DNA of 64,000 bases from Candidatus Omnitrophota bacterium (GCA_044225175.1 JBGAJA010000003.1:69428-133427); one strand, 5' to 3'. Counted from the stretch's first letter, positions 47,294-58,388 are shown. A program made the numbers and translations. Notes: generated by a model not told the origin, from the sequence alone.

Positions 47294-48772
47294 ATGACAC
47301 AATCCAAATGCAAAACAGGTATTGGTGAGTTGGATAATATTTTAAATGGGGGGTTACCTCTTCATCGATTTTATCTTATTCAAGGAGACCCTGGGGTCGG
47401 AAAAACAACATTGGCTTTGCAGTTTCTTTTGCAAGGTTTAGCTGAAAAGGAGAAGGTTTTATATATCACATTATCTGAAACCAAAGAAGAGATTCAGATG
47501 GTCGCTCAATCACATGGCTGGTCTTTAAATGGGGTAGAGGTTATAGAACTTTCTACCTTAGAGGAAAACCTCTCTCCTGAGAAACAGAATACCCTTTTTC
47601 ATCCCTCTGAAGTCGAATTAAACCAAACCATTAAATTAATCCTAGATAAGGTCAAAGAATTTAAACCTTCTCGAGTCGTATTTGACTCTTTATCAGAAAT
47701 CCGCCTTTTATCACAAAATTCATTGCGTTATCGAAGGCAGATGCTGGGTTTAAAACAATATTTTGCTAAACTTAACTGTACTGTGTTGGTATTAGATGAC
47801 TGTACGGCAGGAGAAGAGTTACAGATTCGAAGTATCGCTCACGGGGTCATTATTCTTGAGAAGAATATCTTGGAATATGGAGTTTATCGTAGGCAGTTAC
47901 ACGTAGATAAAATTAGAGGAAGTCTTTTTAGAGAGGGGCATCACGATTTTATCATTCGTCCAGGCGGAATCTCTGTATTCCCTCGCTTGATTGCGAAAGA
48001 AAATAGCAAGACGTTTGTGAGGGAAACTGTTTCTACAGGCTTAAGAGAGTTTGATGATCTTCTAGGAGGAGGAATGCAAAGAGGAACGAGTAATTTGTTC
48101 TTAGGACCTCCGGGGGTTGGAAAATCTACTTTGGCTATGCGTAGTGCAGTTGCTTTAGCTGATCGTGGAGAAGATGTTTCAATCTATTGTTTTGATGAAA
48201 ACATAGGAACATATACTTCGAGAGCTGCAGCTTTGGGCATGGATATGAGTAAATATATAAAATCGGGGAAGATAAATATTACACAAATTAATGTCTCTGA
48301 GCTTTCGCCAGGAGAGTTTGCTTACCAAATCAAAGAGAATGTGGAGAAGAAAAATACAAGGCTAGTCATTATTGATAGTTTAAATGGATATCTAAATGCC
48401 ATGACTGAAGAGAGTCATCTCATTGTTCAACTCCATGAATTATTTGCGTATTTAAGTCATCAGGGAGTTATTTCTATCTTAATTGTAACCAATCAGGGTC
48501 TGTTTGGCAGTGCTATGAGTACCCCTGTTGAAGCAACTTACTTAGCGGATACAGCGGTCATCCTGCGGTTTTTTGAGACAAGGGGGGCTGTGAAAAAAGC
48601 TATTTCTATCATTAAGAAAAGAAGCAGCAGTATCGAAGATTCTATTCGCGAATTTAGCATTGATAAAGATGGCATTCAGATTGGAAAACCGCTCATCGAA
48701 TTTAAAGGTATTTTAACAGGAAATCCGACTTATTATGGGCTAGAACAGGATATTCTAAAAAGGACTTCATGA
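47294..48772 (+). CDS. KaiC-like double-domain ATPase
   Basis: Two Walker A motifs (GDPGVGKT, GPPGVGKS), FPRL linker, IDSLNGY. Confidence 0.9.
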   Translation: MTQSKCKTGIGELDNILNGGLPLHRFYLIQGDPGVGKTTLALQFLLQGLAEKEKVLYITLSETKEEIQMVAQSHGWSLNGVEVIELSTLEENLSPEKQNTLFHPSEVELNQTIKLILDKVKEFKPSRVVFDSLSEIRLLSQNSLRYRRQMLGLKQYFAKLNCTVLVLDDCTAGEELQIRSIAHGVIILEKNILEYGVYRRQLHVDKIRGSLFREGHHDFIIRPGGISVFPRLIAKENSKTFVRETVSTGLREFDDLLGGGMQRGTSNLFLGPPGVGKSTLAMRSAVALADRGEDVSIYCFDENIGTYTSRAAALGMDMSKYIKSGKINITQINVSELSPGEFAYQIKENVEKKNTRLVIIDSLNGYLNAMTEESHLIVQLHELFAYLSHQGVISILIVTNQGLFGSAMSTPVEATYLADTAVILRFFETRGAVKKAISIIKKRSSSIEDSIREFSIDKDGIQIGKPLIEFKGILTGNPTYYGLEQDILKRTS

Positions 48773-50799
48773 AACTAGAAGAGCGTGTTCTTATTCTTGC
48801 CCCATTGGGAGACGATGCTCAGAATGCTGCAAATGTGCTTAGTCAATCCAATATTTTTGGCGAAATTTGTTTCAATTTAGAGGAATTAAACCAGAAATTC
48901 TTGAAAGGAGCAGGGGCTCTTATAATTACCGAAGAATCTTTAACGCATTTAGAAACAATGACTTTTATAGATTCATTGAAAGGACAGGAAAAATGGTCTG
49001 ATATTCCAATCATTATTATTACCAGTGGTGGAGAAACTACTGCTTTAAGTGTATCTATGATCAATTTATTTAGCGGGGTTGGAAATATTAATCTTTTGGA
49101 AAGGCCATTGAGGAAAATCACTTTAACATCCGCTGCGCAAGTAGCCTTGCGTACTCGGCAAAGGCAATTTCAAATGAAAGATTTATTAGAGGCCCACAAG
49201 AAAGCGGAGCAAGAAATTATACATTATGCCAATGAACTTCTAGAAGCTAATAAAGGTATGGAGCTGTTAGCTTCGATTGTATCTTCCTCAGATGATGCCA
49301 TTATCAGTAAAAATCTTGAGGGAATTATTATTAGTTGGAATATTGGAGCTGAAAGAATCTTTGGTTATAAGGCCCACGAGGTTATTGGTAAGCCTATCCA
49401 TATATTGTTTCCTAAGGACCGCTTCAACGAGGAGCCTGTTTTCTTAGAGCGGATCAAAAAAGGAGAAAGAATAGACCACTATGACACTGTCCGCCAATGT
49501 AAAGATGGGCGCCTAGTGGACATTTCTTTGACTATTTCACCCATTAGAGATGACAAGGGGGTCATTATTGGCGCCTCCAAGATTGCTAGAGATGTTACTC
49601 AACGCAAGAAACAAGAAAAGGAATTAAGAAGCCTCACCTTTCATCTAGAACAACGTGTGGAAGAGCGCACACACCTTTTGGAGGAGCAGGCTGAACGTCT
49701 GAGGCAATTGGCAGTTGAATTAACTGAGGTCGAGCAAAAAGAGCGCCGTCGGCTGGCTGAAGTGTTGCATGATCATTTGCAGCAATATTTGGTTGCAGCC
49801 AAGATGCGACTAGAGATGGTTGAACGTAAGGCAATTAAAGTTGATAAAGGGGGACTTGAGGATGCTCGTTTGTATATTGAGAATGCTATCGAATCTTCTC
49901 GTGTGTTAACCGCAGAACTGCGTCCCCCCGTACTTTATGAGGGTGGATTAACCGCAGGGTTACGTTATTTAGGTCAGAAAATGCAAGATCAGCATAAGCT
50001 GCGGGTCCATCTTTCCTTCTTAGAGGACATAGAGCCTGGTTCTGAATTGATCAAAGTCATGGTCTATCAATGTGTCCAGGAATTGCTATTTAATGCGGTT
50101 AAGTATGCCAACGTTAATGAGATTTTTGTAACAGCGACTAGGCTAGAGAAGAATCATATCCAGGTTAAGGTAGAAGATCATGGGGTTGGCTTTAATGTAA
50201 AGAGCCTAGGAAACAATACGACTGGTGGTTTTGGCTTATTTAGTATTCGAGAAAGAATAAAAGCCTTAGGGGGGGAATTTAAAATATCATCAATACCGCA
50301 GGAAGGTTCAGTATTTACTCTTATCGTTCCAGATAGAATCCCAGTCCCTGTTATAGGAAAAATAGATTTCAACGAAGAAAAATTATTTATGCGAGAAAGA
50401 GTACATAAAGAAGGAATAGTTGTGCTGGTTGCTGATGATCATTTAATTGTTCGACAGTCTATAGCCAGTCTTTTGATGTCCCAGACATTTATTAAGGAGG
50501 TTATTGAAGCGGGAAATGGAGAGGAAGCGATACGAAAAGCTGAATCTTCTGATCCTGATATCATTCTTATGGATGTGAACATGCCTATCATGAATGGTAT
50601 TGAAGCAACTAGAGTTTTGAGTAACAGAAAATCTCGTTCTAAGGTGATAGGTCTTTCAGTACAAGCCAAAAGTGAGATGGCACAAGCCATGAAAGATGCA
50701 GGTGCAGTTGCTTACTTCAATAAAGGTGACAACACGACTAGTTTGATTGATGCCATAAGAGACTTGGCCTACCCGCAATTGCCTTCTTCAAATAATTAA
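48769..50799 (+). CDS. hybrid sensor kinase (REC-like, PAS, HisKA_3, HATPase, REC)
   Basis: SSDDAIISK PAS; ERRRLAEVLHDHLQQ; EDHGVGF; C-terminal ADDH...MDVNMP. Confidence 0.9.
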   Translation: MKLEERVLILAPLGDDAQNAANVLSQSNIFGEICFNLEELNQKFLKGAGALIITEESLTHLETMTFIDSLKGQEKWSDIPIIIITSGGETTALSVSMINLFSGVGNINLLERPLRKITLTSAAQVALRTRQRQFQMKDLLEAHKKAEQEIIHYANELLEANKGMELLASIVSSSDDAIISKNLEGIIISWNIGAERIFGYKAHEVIGKPIHILFPKDRFNEEPVFLERIKKGERIDHYDTVRQCKDGRLVDISLTISPIRDDKGVIIGASKIARDVTQRKKQEKELRSLTFHLEQRVEERTHLLEEQAERLRQLAVELTEVEQKERRRLAEVLHDHLQQYLVAAKMRLEMVERKAIKVDKGGLEDARLYIENAIESSRVLTAELRPPVLYEGGLTAGLRYLGQKMQDQHKLRVHLSFLEDIEPGSELIKVMVYQCVQELLFNAVKYANVNEIFVTATRLEKNHIQVKVEDHGVGFNVKSLGNNTTGGFGLFSIRERIKALGGEFKISSIPQEGSVFTLIVPDRIPVPVIGKIDFNEEKLFMRERVHKEGIVVLVADDHLIVRQSIASLLMSQTFIKEVIEAGNGEEAIRKAESSDPDIILMDVNMPIMNGIEATRVLSNRKSRSKVIGLSVQAKSEMAQAMKDAGAVAYFNKGDNTTSLIDAIRDLAYPQLPSSNN

Positions 50800-50887
50800 G
50801 CTATACAGAAAAGTTGTTGTATGGCAACAGCTCGTTGTATATACTCATTTTCTAACATTAAGTTTCAGAAAATTGAGTTTCTCCCAC

Positions 50888-51634
50888 ATGATTACAACAA
50901 ACAAGATTACAAAATTCTTTGGTTCCTTCCAAGCTCTCAAGGATGTCTCTTTTGAAATTAAAAAAGGAGAGATCGTTGGGTTCTTAGGACAAAATGGTGC
51001 AGGTAAGACAACATTAATGCGCATTTTGACATCCTACCTTCCAGCTTCATCTGGTTCTGTAATCGTAGATGGTAAAGACCTGAGTAAAAGTTCTTTATCT
51101 ATTCGTCAAATAATTGGGTATTTACCCGAGACCCCGCCTCTTTATATGAATATGACGGTGAAAGACTATTTGAAATTCGCAGCAGAGATCAAAGATATCC
51201 CTGTTAATAAATTAACTCGTCAGCTAGACAAAGTTTTAGAAGAATGCCAGCTTGTGGATGTTAAGAATAAGACAATAGGCATACTTTCAAAAGGGTATAA
51301 ACAACGGGTGGGAATTGCCCAAGCAATCATCCATGAACCAAAGCTTTTAATTTTAGATGAGCCAACCAGTGGTCTTGATCCTATACAAAATCTTCAGGTA
51401 CGTAAACTCATCAAAAGCCTCAAAGATGAACGAACAGTCATTCTAAGTACTCATATCTTGTCGGAAATTGAACAAATTACCAAACGTGTGATGATCATAA
51501 AATCTGGAGAAATTATCGTGGATGATTCTCTTGATGTTCTTCTTGGAAACAATCAAGATGATCTATCTAAACGTTTAAGCTTAGAAGAATTCTTTGTGAA
51601 ATGTCATATGCAAGCAGGGGACGTCCATGAGTAA
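50888..51634 (+). CDS. ABC transporter ATPase (GldA-like)
   Basis: GQNGAGKTT, LSKGYKQR, LDEPTSGLDP. Confidence 0.9.
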   Translation: MITTNKITKFFGSFQALKDVSFEIKKGEIVGFLGQNGAGKTTLMRILTSYLPASSGSVIVDGKDLSKSSLSIRQIIGYLPETPPLYMNMTVKDYLKFAAEIKDIPVNKLTRQLDKVLEECQLVDVKNKTIGILSKGYKQRVGIAQAIIHEPKLLILDEPTSGLDPIQNLQVRKLIKSLKDERTVILSTHILSEIEQITKRVMIIKSGEIIVDDSLDVLLGNNQDDLSKRLSLEEFFVKCHMQAGDVHE

Positions 51635-52340
51635 AACGATGATCATTGCCAAAAAAGAACTGTTGTCTTATTTCAAATCGCCTATTGCTTATATTATTCT
51701 GATTTTGACCATCTCTATTTTTAATATATTTTTTTATATGATCATTGATCAGAACAAGGAAGTTGCTTTGAAAGATGTTTTTCAGGTGATGGAGTTTATG
51801 TTTATCTTTTTAATTCCGTTACTTACTATGGGTGCTTTTGCTCAGGAGAAAGCCAGCGGTACGATGGAATTTTTAATGACAGCGCCTTTGACGAATAGCG
51901 CCATTGTTTTTGGAAAATATATTGGAGCTTTGATTTTTTTCTCAAGCCTGGTTGTTATGACATTTGCGTATTATGGCATTGTTGAATATTTTGGAACGCC
52001 TGATCGCCTGACAATCCTGACAGGTTATATGGGTGTTTGGTTGGAGGGAGCATTCTTTCTATCTGTCGGTATCCTGACATCTTGTTGGACGCGTAATCAA
52101 ATTGTCGCTGCCATTTCTTCCTATGCCATCTTGTTTTTTTTATATTTCTCGACTGGTTTTCTTAAATACTTTACAGGATCCATGGAAGTTATGATTCGTG
52201 CGTTAGGGACAGGAAGTCATTTAGAAAATTTGGCTGTAGGCATTATTACTGTTTCAGATATTGTTTACTATCTCAGTGGGATATTGGTATGCCTGTTTTT
52301 AACTCGTTTAAGTATTGAAAATAGATTATGGCAATCATGA
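51627..52340 (+). CDS. ABC permease (GldF-like)
   Basis: KKELLSYFKSPIAY, EKASGTMEFLMTAP, NQIVAA. Confidence 0.88.
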   Translation: MSKTMIIAKKELLSYFKSPIAYIILILTISIFNIFFYMIIDQNKEVALKDVFQVMEFMFIFLIPLLTMGAFAQEKASGTMEFLMTAPLTNSAIVFGKYIGALIFFSSLVVMTFAYYGIVEYFGTPDRLTILTGYMGVWLEGAFFLSVGILTSCWTRNQIVAAISSYAILFFLYFSTGFLKYFTGSMEVMIRALGTGSHLENLAVGIITVSDIVYYLSGILVCLFLTRLSIENRLWQS

Positions 52341-53719
52341 AAAAATTTATCTTTATGTTTGTATGTGTTGTGGTGTCTTTTGGGCTTTGGCTTGGAATTA
52401 ACTATTTTACTTATTTGATTCCCGGCCAATGGGACGTCACACGTGCTAAGCAGCATACTTTAAAGGCCGGTACAATTTCTACTCTTAACAATTTAACGCA
52501 AGATGTTAAAGTTTCGGCTCTTATGGCTGGAATACCACCCAAATATTTAGAAGACCTTTTTAAAGAATATACAAAAGCTTCACGCGGAAAAATCACCACA
52601 GAAATCATTGATCCTATTCAACAAATTGGTTATGCGGCACAATTTGGCAATGTCATCAATGCTAAGGAAAGAAAAGTGTTTGTTACATCAGGCCAGCAGA
52701 AGAAAGAAATTTATTTTACCGATGCCCCACTTTCCCAAGAACAGTTGAATAATGCCATCAGCCAAGTCAACCAAGACAGGCGTTATGTTTATTTTTTAAC
52801 AGGACATGGAGAATTAAATATTGAGAGTAAGGATGACAAAGGCTTAGAAAAATTGGCTCGACTCATGGATTCCAATAACTTTGAATCTAAAAGCTTGATG
52901 CTGGGAATAACCAAGGAGATTCCAAAGGATTGTGCATTGCTTATTATTGCAGGTCCCCAGAATGATTTAACAAAACAAGAGAATGAAATTATTGAAGCCT
53001 ATCTAGAAAATGGCGGTCATGCGTTGTTTTTGATTGAAAATGTTATTGTCACCACCCCAGATAAACCTTTGACTCCAGAAGAGTTTAATAAGAATCCGTC
53101 TGTAAATGAGATTTTGAATAGTTGGGGTCTTAATGTGGAGTCCGACGTGGTGGTAGACTTAGCCAGCCATGCTGGTGATGATGTTGGAAGCCCTGCCACC
53201 AAGAACTATGTTAAACATCCTGCTCTCACACAGGGATTGGACTACACCTTTTATGTGCGTCCACGTACTATTTCTGTTATCAAGGAGCACCGTCCAACCA
53301 TTCAACTTGCACCCATTGTTTTGACCGCTTCTAAGAAAGAAAGCTGGGGGGAGTCTAATCGAACATTGAACGTCCACTTTGATGAAATCGAAGATAGACC
53401 AGGTCCAGTGGCTATTGCCTATGTGGTTTTTGAAAAAAAAGAAAAAGGTGATTTTTCGGATACTCGTCTGATTGTATTTACTGACGCTGATTTTCTATCG
53501 AATGCGTATATTAATCAATATAGCAACTCCCAAATGGGACTTAATATGATCAACTGGCTTACCGAAACGGATTACAAGGTCTTTGTTGATCAAGAGAACT
53601 TAAAAGTTGAACGATTAGATTTGACAAGCCAGCAAAAACGCAGCATTGCTTTAATTCTTTTGCTTATTCCTATCCTTATTGCTTTAGCCGGAATCATTGT
53701 CTGGGTAAAAAGCAAATAG
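52328..53719 (+). CDS. GldG-like ABC auxiliary protein
   Basis: WDVTRAKQHTL, VYFLTGHGE, LIIAGP, DADFLSN, INWL. Confidence 0.85.
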   Translation: MAIMKKFIFMFVCVVVSFGLWLGINYFTYLIPGQWDVTRAKQHTLKAGTISTLNNLTQDVKVSALMAGIPPKYLEDLFKEYTKASRGKITTEIIDPIQQIGYAAQFGNVINAKERKVFVTSGQQKKEIYFTDAPLSQEQLNNAISQVNQDRRYVYFLTGHGELNIESKDDKGLEKLARLMDSNNFESKSLMLGITKEIPKDCALLIIAGPQNDLTKQENEIIEAYLENGGHALFLIENVIVTTPDKPLTPEEFNKNPSVNEILNSWGLNVESDVVVDLASHAGDDVGSPATKNYVKHPALTQGLDYTFYVRPRTISVIKEHRPTIQLAPIVLTASKKESWGESNRTLNVHFDEIEDRPGPVAIAYVVFEKKEKGDFSDTRLIVFTDADFLSNAYINQYSNSQMGLNMINWLTETDYKVFVDQENLKVERLDLTSQQKRSIALILLLIPILIALAGIIVWVKSK

Positions 53720-53831
53720 ATCCGTTCGTGCATTAAATAATTATCATCTTATCTTCATCCCTTCTTAATTTAAATCTTGGTATAAATGTGTTTAGTTTTA
53801 ATCCACTAACATACATTGACAAGGAGGCATT

Positions 53832-53951
53832 ATGGATAAGCTAAGAAATATAAAATCAAACCAGGGAAAAGTAGGATGGGCTATTTTATGGTTATTAGGA
53901 GTTCCTATTCCTATTTTGTTTTTACTTTTTGTTCTTAGAGGATGTCAATAA
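53832..53951 (+). CDS. small membrane protein (39 aa)
   Basis: AGGAGG RBS; MDKLRNIKSNQGKVGWAILWLLGVPIPILFLLFVLRGCQ. Confidence 0.75.
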   Translation: MDKLRNIKSNQGKVGWAILWLLGVPIPILFLLFVLRGCQ

Positions 53952-54033
53952 CTCTTGCAATACCTATATTCGACTATTAGTATCTAAATAGATTCCTGAA
54001 TTTATTGATCTTATTAAGAAAGGATATTTATTT

Positions 54034-54429
54034 ATGGTTGCAAAATTTCAAATGGGAGCAAGGTTTACTTTAGGTTTAATCTATTTTGTGTTCGGTGGGA
54101 TGGGATTAGCGATTGCATTAGGATTCATGCAAATGCCTCATTCTCCGATGCCCCAAGCAGCTGAAGGATTTATGAAGGGCATCATGGGAACAGGGTACTT
54201 TTTCCCACTCCTGAAGATAACTGAGGTCTCATGTGGTTTCCTTCTTTTAATTAATCGTGCAACACCATTAGCTCTTATTATCCTTGCCCCCATTACCCTA
54301 CATATCATTTTGTTCCATGTTAATTTAACTCCAGGAGTAGAAAATCTGATCCTTCCACTTTTTATGGGTCTGGCTCATATCCTTGCCATGAGTGGATGTT
54401 GGAAGTCGTATAAGCCATTGTTTAAATAG
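54034..54429 (+). CDS. DoxX-like membrane protein
   Basis: ARFTLGLIYFVFG, TGYFFPLLKITEV, LAPITLHIILFH. Confidence 0.8.
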   Translation: MVAKFQMGARFTLGLIYFVFGGMGLAIALGFMQMPHSPMPQAAEGFMKGIMGTGYFFPLLKITEVSCGFLLLINRATPLALIILAPITLHIILFHVNLTPGVENLILPLFMGLAHILAMSGCWKSYKPLFK

Positions 54430-54562
54430 TGGAGATAATAGGAGAGCACTTCTTATTAAACATTGACTACCACCTGATAAGAGAGTACTATCCAACTTAA
54501 CATTCGAGGTGCTCTCCAAATTGTCCTTCCTCCAATGCCGCTCTAAGCGGTGAACGGATTAA

Positions 54563-55876
54563 ATGAAAACTACAAAGAAGAAGATTATTAAGTCTCTCCA
54601 GAAGTTGGTGCCTGGCAAGGTTTCAAAGACGGAACGTGTGCGATTTCAAGAGGAAGCCGCTGATTTAAATAAAAGCAAGGACAGCTTGGGAAGAAGGATT
54701 AAGCAGCAGTCGAATCAGTTAAGTCTCAAAAATAAGCAGTTAAGACACGGAGCAGACAAGGCCCTTAGAGCAGAAGAACAGATCCATATCCTTACTAAAG
54801 CAATGGAAGCAACGGCAGATGGCATTTTTATTATCGATGTCAAAAAAGTTAATTTTCCTGTTATTTATTCTAATCAATCTTTTCATACAATGACTGGTTA
54901 TGCTAAGAAGGAAATCTTAGGTCGAAATTATTTTTTACTTTATGGTGCTGATGCAGATACGCGTATCATCGAGGAAATAAAATCTACAATGAATCAAGGT
55001 GAGTCTTTCCATGGAGAGATGCTTAGTTTTCAAAAAAATGGTAAGAAATATTGGAATTTATTGCGTATGGCCCCGGTACGTGATTCGAATGGGGAAGTTA
55101 CTCATTACGTAGGTATTCAGACAGATATTTCGCTGATGCGGCAAAGAGATTTAGAAATTAAAGAACAACGTGAAGAACTCCTGCATGTCACACGGGTGGG
55201 AAGGCTTGCTGAATTTGTTTCTTCTTTAGCCCATGAAATTAGCCAACCTTTGACAGCTATTCTTTCCTATGCTCAAGCAGCACAGCGTATTCTTGGTGAG
55301 CGTGAGCCTCAACTCAAGGAAATTTTTCAATATATCATTAATGATGACAAGCGTGCATCTGAGGTCATACGAAGGCTACGGGCCCTTTTAAAGAAGAGCG
55401 AACCTGAAATGAAGTTGATGGACATGAACGCTCTTATTAAGGAAACGATTGTATTTATTGCGACCGATGCTTCCGTCAGGAATAATATTTTAAAAATAGA
55501 TCTAGATCCAAATCTTCCACTGATTTATGGTGATCGTATCCAACTACAACAGGTGATATTAAATTTAATCAGTAACAGTTTCGATGCTATAAAGCCTAAT
55601 CAAGTTGTTCGTGACATTTCAATCAGTACATCCCGTAAAGACCTTGAGACAATTATTGTAAAGGTTAGGGATTCCGGATGCGGCATTCCTGCAGAAAACT
55701 TACCTAAACTTTTTATTCATTTTTTCACAAGTAAAGCAGATGGTTTAGGTATGGGTTTATCCATCAGTCGTTCGATTATTGAGGCGCATGGAGGACATCT
55801 GGAAGGTAAGAATAACTCTGATCAAGGGGTCACATTTTCATTTACGCTTCCTATTATCACAAAGGGTGACTCATGA
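54563..55876 (+). CDS. PAS sensor histidine kinase (FixL-like)
   Basis: PAS/PAC, LAHEISQPL, LQQVILNLISN, GLGMGLSIS. Confidence 0.9.
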   Translation: MKTTKKKIIKSLQKLVPGKVSKTERVRFQEEAADLNKSKDSLGRRIKQQSNQLSLKNKQLRHGADKALRAEEQIHILTKAMEATADGIFIIDVKKVNFPVIYSNQSFHTMTGYAKKEILGRNYFLLYGADADTRIIEEIKSTMNQGESFHGEMLSFQKNGKKYWNLLRMAPVRDSNGEVTHYVGIQTDISLMRQRDLEIKEQREELLHVTRVGRLAEFVSSLAHEISQPLTAILSYAQAAQRILGEREPQLKEIFQYIINDDKRASEVIRRLRALLKKSEPEMKLMDMNALIKETIVFIATDASVRNNILKIDLDPNLPLIYGDRIQLQQVILNLISNSFDAIKPNQVVRDISISTSRKDLETIIVKVRDSGCGIPAENLPKLFIHFFTSKADGLGMGLSISRSIIEAHGGHLEGKNNSDQGVTFSFTLPIITKGDS

Positions 55877-56496
55877 TTAAACAGCCCATTGTTTATGTCA
55901 TTGATGATGACATCTCTGTATGTCGAGCACTTACGTTATTACTGACAAATCATGGATTTAAGGTGAAAACCTTTACACGCGCCGCAGACTTTTTGATTTT
56001 TAAGCATCTTAAAGGGCCTTCCTGTCTGGTTCTCGATTTAAAAATGCCACAAATCAATGGAATTGTCCTTCAGGATATCATGGCAACTAAAGAATTATCT
56101 ATTCCTATTGTTTTTATGTCCGCGCATGGGAGTATCCCAATTAGTGTAAAAGCCATCCAAGCAGGGGCTATTGATTTTTTGACCAAACCATTTACTGCGA
56201 AGAAATTATTGAATGCCATTGGACGCGCTATTGAAAGAAATAAGATTTTGACTAAGAGTCAGGCTGAAATATTAAGAATTGAAAGTCGTATAAAAAAGCT
56301 ATCTCCCCGAGAATTGGAGGTCTTTCATTTCGTCGCTCAAGGAATGATGAATAAACAGATTGCTTCAAAGCGGGGTACTTCCCTTCAAACAATTAAAGTC
56401 CATCGTGGGCGTGTTATGCAAAAAATGCAAGCTAAGACCGTTACGGAACTTATCGGCTTCGCCCAAAAGATTGGCATTGTCTCCCCTAAAGATTAA
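55873..56496 (+). CDS. FixJ-like response regulator
   Basis: REC plus LuxR HTH (LSPRELEV...TIKVHRGRVMQKM). Confidence 0.92.
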   Translation: MIKQPIVYVIDDDISVCRALTLLLTNHGFKVKTFTRAADFLIFKHLKGPSCLVLDLKMPQINGIVLQDIMATKELSIPIVFMSAHGSIPISVKAIQAGAIDFLTKPFTAKKLLNAIGRAIERNKILTKSQAEILRIESRIKKLSPRELEVFHFVAQGMMNKQIASKRGTSLQTIKVHRGRVMQKMQAKTVTELIGFAQKIGIVSPKD

Positions 56497-56565
56497 TTCT
56501 TCGTCGATATTGTATTATACCTCGGTACAATTGATTCATTTCTGTCTTTCCCTAAAATAACTTTT

Positions 56566-56967
56566 ATGCAACTCGAGAAAATGGAACTTAAAGGATGGAA
56601 CGAGGCGTCAGAAAAAAAACACATTTATATTGTCGATGACGATGACTCAGTGCGCCGCGCACTGAAATTGTTGCTTGTTACATATGGTTTTGAAGTAGAA
56701 ACTTTTTCTTCAGCAGAGGGATTCTTAAGAGAAGTTCCAGACAGCGCTATTGGATGTTTAATCTTAGATATTCATATGCCGGGATTAAATGGATGGGAAA
56801 CGCTGCAGCGTTTATATAATTCGGGATCTAAACGTACAGTCATTGTGGTTTCAGCTGCGAAAAATGGCGGCTTAACGGAACAAGCTTTAAAAGCAGGAGC
56901 CAAAGGCTTCTTACAAAAACCATTCAATGACCAAGATCTGATCAATATGGTTAATAAAGAGTGCTAA
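56566..56967 (+). CDS. single-domain response regulator
   Basis: IVDDD, LDIHMP, KPF. Confidence 0.88.
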   Translation: MQLEKMELKGWNEASEKKHIYIVDDDDSVRRALKLLLVTYGFEVETFSSAEGFLREVPDSAIGCLILDIHMPGLNGWETLQRLYNSGSKRTVIVVSAAKNGGLTEQALKAGAKGFLQKPFNDQDLINMVNKEC

Positions 56968-56976
56968 AAGGAATTC

Positions 56977-57426
56977 ATGATGGGGAAAAAGATTATTGTT
57001 ATTGATAATGAGCCATTGTTTCCAAACTTGATTAAACAATTGCTGGAAGATGAGAAGGACTTCAAAATTTCTAAGATTACGGCCACTAAAGAAGAGTTTT
57101 TGAAGGAGATTGAGCAAAACTCATTTGATGTTGCTCTTGTAGATATTTCTGTTGGAGAACGGGAAGGTGGTTTGGATATATTACAAATATTGAGAAATCA
57201 AAAAGTACCATTGCCCGCAATTGTTTTGTCCGCTCACAGTGAAATGGATTACGGTTTAAGATCTCTGCAAGCGGGAGCTAGAGGATATGTGAGTAAAGGA
57301 GAGATTAGTTCTTCTTTAATTAAAGCTTTAAGACAGGTATGTAACGGTGATTTATTTGTCGCAGGTGATAAGGGAATGGAGATTTTAAACCAATATAGAA
57401 AAGTGACGACTTTCCATATTAAGTGA
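56977..57426 (+). CDS. single-domain response regulator (NarL-type REC without HTH)
   Basis: VIDNE, VDIS, LSAH, GARGYVSK. Confidence 0.8.
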   Translation: MMGKKIIVIDNEPLFPNLIKQLLEDEKDFKISKITATKEEFLKEIEQNSFDVALVDISVGEREGGLDILQILRNQKVPLPAIVLSAHSEMDYGLRSLQAGARGYVSKGEISSSLIKALRQVCNGDLFVAGDKGMEILNQYRKVTTFHIK

Positions 57427-57435
57427 GAAAGAAGG

Positions 57436-58194
57436 ATGTTTATGGGTTCAGAGATTCTTCATATACCCAAAAATCGCATTGGCTCACAAGATAAGACCTT
57501 AACGACCGATGAACTAATCAGGTCCAATAGAGAACTTGAACAATTTGCTTTTACAGCATCTCACGATCTTCAGGAACCTTTAAAAGCTATTTCTCTTTAT
57601 CTTCAACTTTATCATAAGAAATATAGCGGAAAACTGGGTGATCAGGCTGATGAAGCTATTTCTAGAATTCTAGATAAGACGAACAGAATGCAAAAATTAA
57701 TTCAAAATATATTGAATTATTCTCGAGTTGGAAAAGAAGATGTTGAGTTGGTGAAGCTAAATTCAGATCTTATTCTTAAGCGTGCGATTGGAAATTTGAA
57801 TGCAACTATTAAAGAAAATTTAGCACAGATTACACACGAAACTCTTCCTATCGTTATGGGAAATAATATTCAATTGATGCAATTATTTCAGAACTTAATT
57901 AGTAATGCCATTAAGTTCTCCAAAGGTGACGATTTTCCTCGTATTCATATTTCTTTTGTGCAAAAAGATCGCCAGTGGGTATTTTTAGTTCAAGATAATG
58001 GAATAGGGATTGCTCAGAAAGATATTCAGAAGATCTTTGATATTTTTCATCGATTACACAGCTCTAGTGAATATGGAGGAAATGGAATAGGCCTTGCACT
58101 ATGTAAAAGAATTGTTGAATCTCATGGGGGAAAGATCTGGATCGAATCAGAAGTAGGGAAAGGAACAGCTGTTTATTTTACGATGGGGATTTAG
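57436..58194 (+). CDS. sensor-less histidine kinase
   Basis: [43 protein letters not shown]. Confidence 0.9.
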   Translation: MFMGSEILHIPKNRIGSQDKTLTTDELIRSNRELEQFAFTASHDLQEPLKAISLYLQLYHKKYSGKLGDQADEAISRILDKTNRMQKLIQNILNYSRVGKEDVELVKLNSDLILKRAIGNLNATIKENLAQITHETLPIVMGNNIQLMQLFQNLISNAIKFSKGDDFPRIHISFVQKDRQWVFLVQDNGIGIAQKDIQKIFDIFHRLHSSSEYGGNGIGLALCKRIVESHGGKIWIESEVGKGTAVYFTMGI

Positions 58195-58223
58195 GAATTT
58201 ATAAGTATAGAAAGGAGTGTTCT

Positions 58224-58388
58224 ATGTTGAATTGGTCTGTAACGTTTTTTATTGTTGCAATTATCGCTGCAGTGTTCGGATTCACTAGTATCGCTGGATC
58301 AGCCATTGATATTGCTAAGATTTTATTCTTAGTATTTTTAGTATTGGCTGTGCTTTCTTTTATTTTTGGTAAGAAAGTGAATACGTAG
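58224..58388 (+). CDS. DUF1328 small membrane protein (54 aa)
   Basis: AGGAG RBS; [54 protein letters not shown]. Confidence 0.9.
   Translation: MLNWSVTFFIVAIIAAVFGFTSIAGSAIDIAKILFLVFLVLAVLSFIFGKKVNT

Noticed and set aside
47294-48772. Circadian clock kaiC
   Set aside because: No kaiA/kaiB nearby; the context fits KaiC-like ATPases paired with kinases.
54430-54560. Alternative stems (GGAGAGCAC/GTGCTCTCC) as a SAM or fluoride riboswitch or hammerhead
   Set aside because: Conserved cores of those families are absent; only generic pairing is visible.
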